Origin: Thermomicrobiales bacterium
GTDB taxonomy: Bacteria; Chloroflexota; Chloroflexia; Thermomicrobiales; UBA6265
Length of the DNA: 50,356 nucleotides
Reading direction: 5' to 3'
Assembly: GCA_034667245.1 (NCBI GenBank)
Contig: JAXDKI010000512.1
Span: 1 to 50,356, forward strand
The notes below the pieces were generated by a model. That model was not told the DNA's origin. It saw nothing but the letters and a program-made list of their open reading frames with translations, and made no database searches. Positions 48,286 to 50,356 of this stretch are shown here, piece by piece; position 1 is the stretch's first letter, and the number at the start of each line of letters is the position of its first letter. The position numbers were made by a program, and so were the translations under genes.

Positions 48286-49922
48286 GGGTGCGCGTCAGAG
48301 TTTTCGGAGGGCGGGCGGCGTGACCTCGGGTGGGCGGCCGGCCAGGAGCCGACGCTTCCAGGGGTGGTCGGCGGTCGGCCGGCCGTCGACGACGCGCTTG
48401 GGCGGCGCCGGCACGGTGACAGGGGCAGGTGGCGGCGGCTCCGGCCCCGGCTCCGGGGGCGGCAGCGCGGGTGGCGGGGTCGTCCGGGCCAGGCGGGCGG
48501 CCCGCCGCGTGGCACCGGCCAGCCGCGCTTGTGCCCGCAACTGGGTGGCGATCCGCGGCCAGGCCTCCTCCCACCGCCCGCCGCAGAGCACGGTCCGTAG
48601 TCCCAGCATCGGGTCGACGTGCTCCGGCGCCCAGCGCATCCCCGCCCCGCACAGCCGCGCCTGGACCACGGTTTTGGCGCCGCTTTCGGCGCAGCCGCTG
48701 CCGAGCGGGTAGCCGGCGGCGGCGAACGCGGCGTAGCGGATCTGGTCCCGCCGCGCGCCCAGGTAGCGCACCGCCTCGTCGCGTGCTTCCCCGGCGGGCA
48801 GCGCGGCGAGCGCGGTCAGCACCCGGTCCGGATCGCCGTGCCGCAGTTCGTGCGCCCAGGTCGCCAGCCACTCGCTGGTGGCCGCCGTCCCCGCCCCCGT
48901 CGCCTCCTGGGCCGCGCCGGCCAGGTACCCCACGGCGTGGGCGAAGTCGAGCACCCGGACCGCGTCCGGCCGGTGCAGGTCGACGACCCCCTGGATCCAC
49001 GCCGCCCCGTCCGCCACCGCCACCACGGTCGGGGCATCGAGCGTGCCGCGGCGGTGCAGTTCCCCCAACGCCTGCCGGCCGAAGGCCTCGTGGTCGGCCA
49101 TCCGGGCAAAATAGGAGAGGTCGGTCGTGTGGACGTGCTCTCCCGCCTCGCCCTCGATCTCCCCGATCGTCACCAGCTTCACCTCGCGCCACTCCCCGCC
49201 CACGATCGGGGCAAAGACCCCGTCGACGCTGAGCTGCTGGATGTCGCCGCCGGACGGGGAGGCCGCCCCCGCCCCGCCGGGGTCCGCTTCCAGGCGGGCG
49301 GTCGCGGCCAACTCCAGTTGCACCCAAGCCGCCCCCGCCGCCTCGGTCAGCCGCCGCGCTGTCGCCTCGGCCACGCGGGTCCCGGTGAAGTGGGCCAGCA
49401 GCCGGCACGCCGCTCCGAACGGCTCGGTCGTGCCTAAGCGCGCCAGCCCGTCGGCCAGCCAGGGCGTCAGGCCCCCCGGCACCAACGCCAGTTGCTCATC
49501 CAGGGGGGAAAAGCCCGGTGCCGCAGGCCGAGCACCGGGTGTAGGCCCGCCGCAGGACGACCTCCTGCTCGTGCGTCGTCCGCAACCGCCGCGTCCGCTC
49601 CCCCTCTACCACCATCGCCGCCCCGCAGGCCGGGCAGACCGGCGGCGCGGCCCCGCGGGCCGGATCGCCGTCGGGACCGGCCACGGCCGTCGCCTCCAGC
49701 AGCTTGGCCCGCGCCGTCGCCAGCCGCGCGTCGACCTCCCGCTCGATCTCGGCAAGCGTCGCCCGCGGATGGGCACCCCGCCAGTCGCCCATCTCGGTGA
49801 GCACCCGAGCGGTCAGCCGTGTCCACTCCCCTTCAGTCTCCGGCGTCCACATGGCGGGGCTCCTTTCACGCTCACCGACAAGGTGTCCCCCATCCTACCG
49901 CCGAAAACTCTGACGCGCACCC
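48286..49922 (-). mobile_element. ISKra4-like insertion sequence (1637 bp)
   Basis: Perfect 22-bp terminal inverted repeats: GGGTGCGCGTCAGAGTTTTCGG at 48286..48307 and its reverse complement at 49901..49922. Flanked by a 9-bp direct repeat. A single transposase gene fills the element. G+C is much higher than in the flanks. Confidence 0.88.
48295..49852 (-). pseudogene. ISKra4-like DDE transposase, split by a frameshift in a C6 run
   Basis: The N-terminal ORF (49496..49852) has AAGGAG 7 nt upstream and a zinc ribbon 'CPACG...CSACG'. It ends 'GLFPPG*'. Removing one C from the run at 49503..49508 would read 'GLFPLDEQLALVPGGLTPW...' straight into ORF 48295..49485. Confidence 0.8.
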
Positions 49923-49931
49923 TTAGTCTTG
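49923..49931. repeat. Target-site duplication, right copy (TTAGTCTTG)
   Basis: Identical to 48277..48285 and directly abutting the right IR. Confidence 0.8.
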
Positions 49932-49938
49932 TCCCGCC

Positions 49939-49967
49939 TAGCCAACCCCGAGCCCCTTTGGTATACT
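49939..49967 (+). promoter_or_regulatory. Candidate promoter of tRNA-Lys
   Basis: TAGCCA (49939..49944), 17-nt spacer, TATACT (49962..49967), about 80 nt upstream of the tRNA 5' end. Confidence 0.4.
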
Positions 49968-50046
49968 CTCCGGAGTGACAGCTGCTCAGAGGAAATCGAG
50001 ACAGCTGCTCCAGGTTTCGAGCGGGTCGAAGACCCCGCGTGTGTAC

Positions 50047-50119
<73 letters not shown>

Positions 50120-50155
50120 CCCGAAGAAACGACCCGAAGTGCGGGCAAAATGAAG

Positions 50156-50182
50156 CCCGGTTGGTTAGCTCCAACCGGGTTT
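50156..50182 (+). terminator. Intrinsic terminator after tRNA-Lys
   Basis: Perfect 9-bp stem cccggttgg / ccaaccggg with loop ttagct, followed by TTT. Confidence 0.6.
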
Positions 50183-50244
50183 CGTCGTAGTTTGAAGGCA
50201 ACATTGACGGCAACCGAGTCCTAGACTGGATTTGGAACGACAAA

Positions 50245-50356
50245 ATGCGATCTTTCGATAAGCTGGTCTACATCTCTGAGATTGAGCGGCAGGCAAGCCT
50301 TGCTCTATCGGTATATCCGCGAATCTGGGATGAAGCAAAGGTCGCTCAGATGATGA
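50245..50356 (+). CDS. Possible 5' end of a hypothetical gene running off the window
   Basis: ATG at 50245 is open to the window end ('MRSFDKLVYISEIERQASLALSVYPRIWDEAKVAQMM'). The region is visibly lower in G+C. No clear SD. Confidence 0.2.
   Translation, partial: MRSFDKLVYISEIERQASLALSVYPRIWDEAKVAQMM

Overview
High-G+C bacterial chromosomal segment. Gene content, the ISKra4-like IS and the repeat types suggest a Chloroflexota/Thermomicrobia-like organism, but that is inference only. All calls come from reading the translations and the DNA by eye; no database search was run. Start codons and promoters are therefore provisional.

Most of the window is housekeeping. In order it holds: recR; ftsK; a beta-carbonic anhydrase; a LexA-boxed imuB-orf92-dnaE2 cassette; a Uma2 nuclease; RNase J; a family-4 UDG; a DnaQ-Cho (UvrC N-half) fusion; ligA; a long minus-strand pyrimidine operon (pyrC-carA-carB-pyrK-pyrD-[CaCA antiporter]-pyrE) with a promoter plus terminator in its leader; a PrsW-like protease with a coupled membrane protein; DUF3090; flotillin/NfeD; an HD hydrolase; a SEDS protein; rsmI; dnaX; a TolB-like lipoprotein; a CarH-type B12 regulator; gatCA; a SelA-like PLP enzyme behind a peptide ABC importer that has no ATPase genes; an ISKra4-like IS with perfect IRs and a 9-bp TSD but a frameshifted transposase; and tRNA-Lys(CUU). 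No rRNA genes or CRISPR arrays are present.

I do not see a clear-cut new multi-gene defence-type system. The loci most worth follow-up are:
1. The imuA-less SOS cassette. Its 92-aa ORF sits in the -1 frame over the imuB 3' end, and a hairpin-repeat-containing insertion sits in frame inside DnaE2.
2. The pyr leader attenuator and the antiporter embedded in the pyr operon.
3. The zinc-ribbon PrsW-like protease and its partner, next to DUF3090 and flotillin/NfeD.
4. The lower-G+C orphan patches at about 4.2-5.2 kb and 47.5-48.3 kb, and the region after the tRNA.
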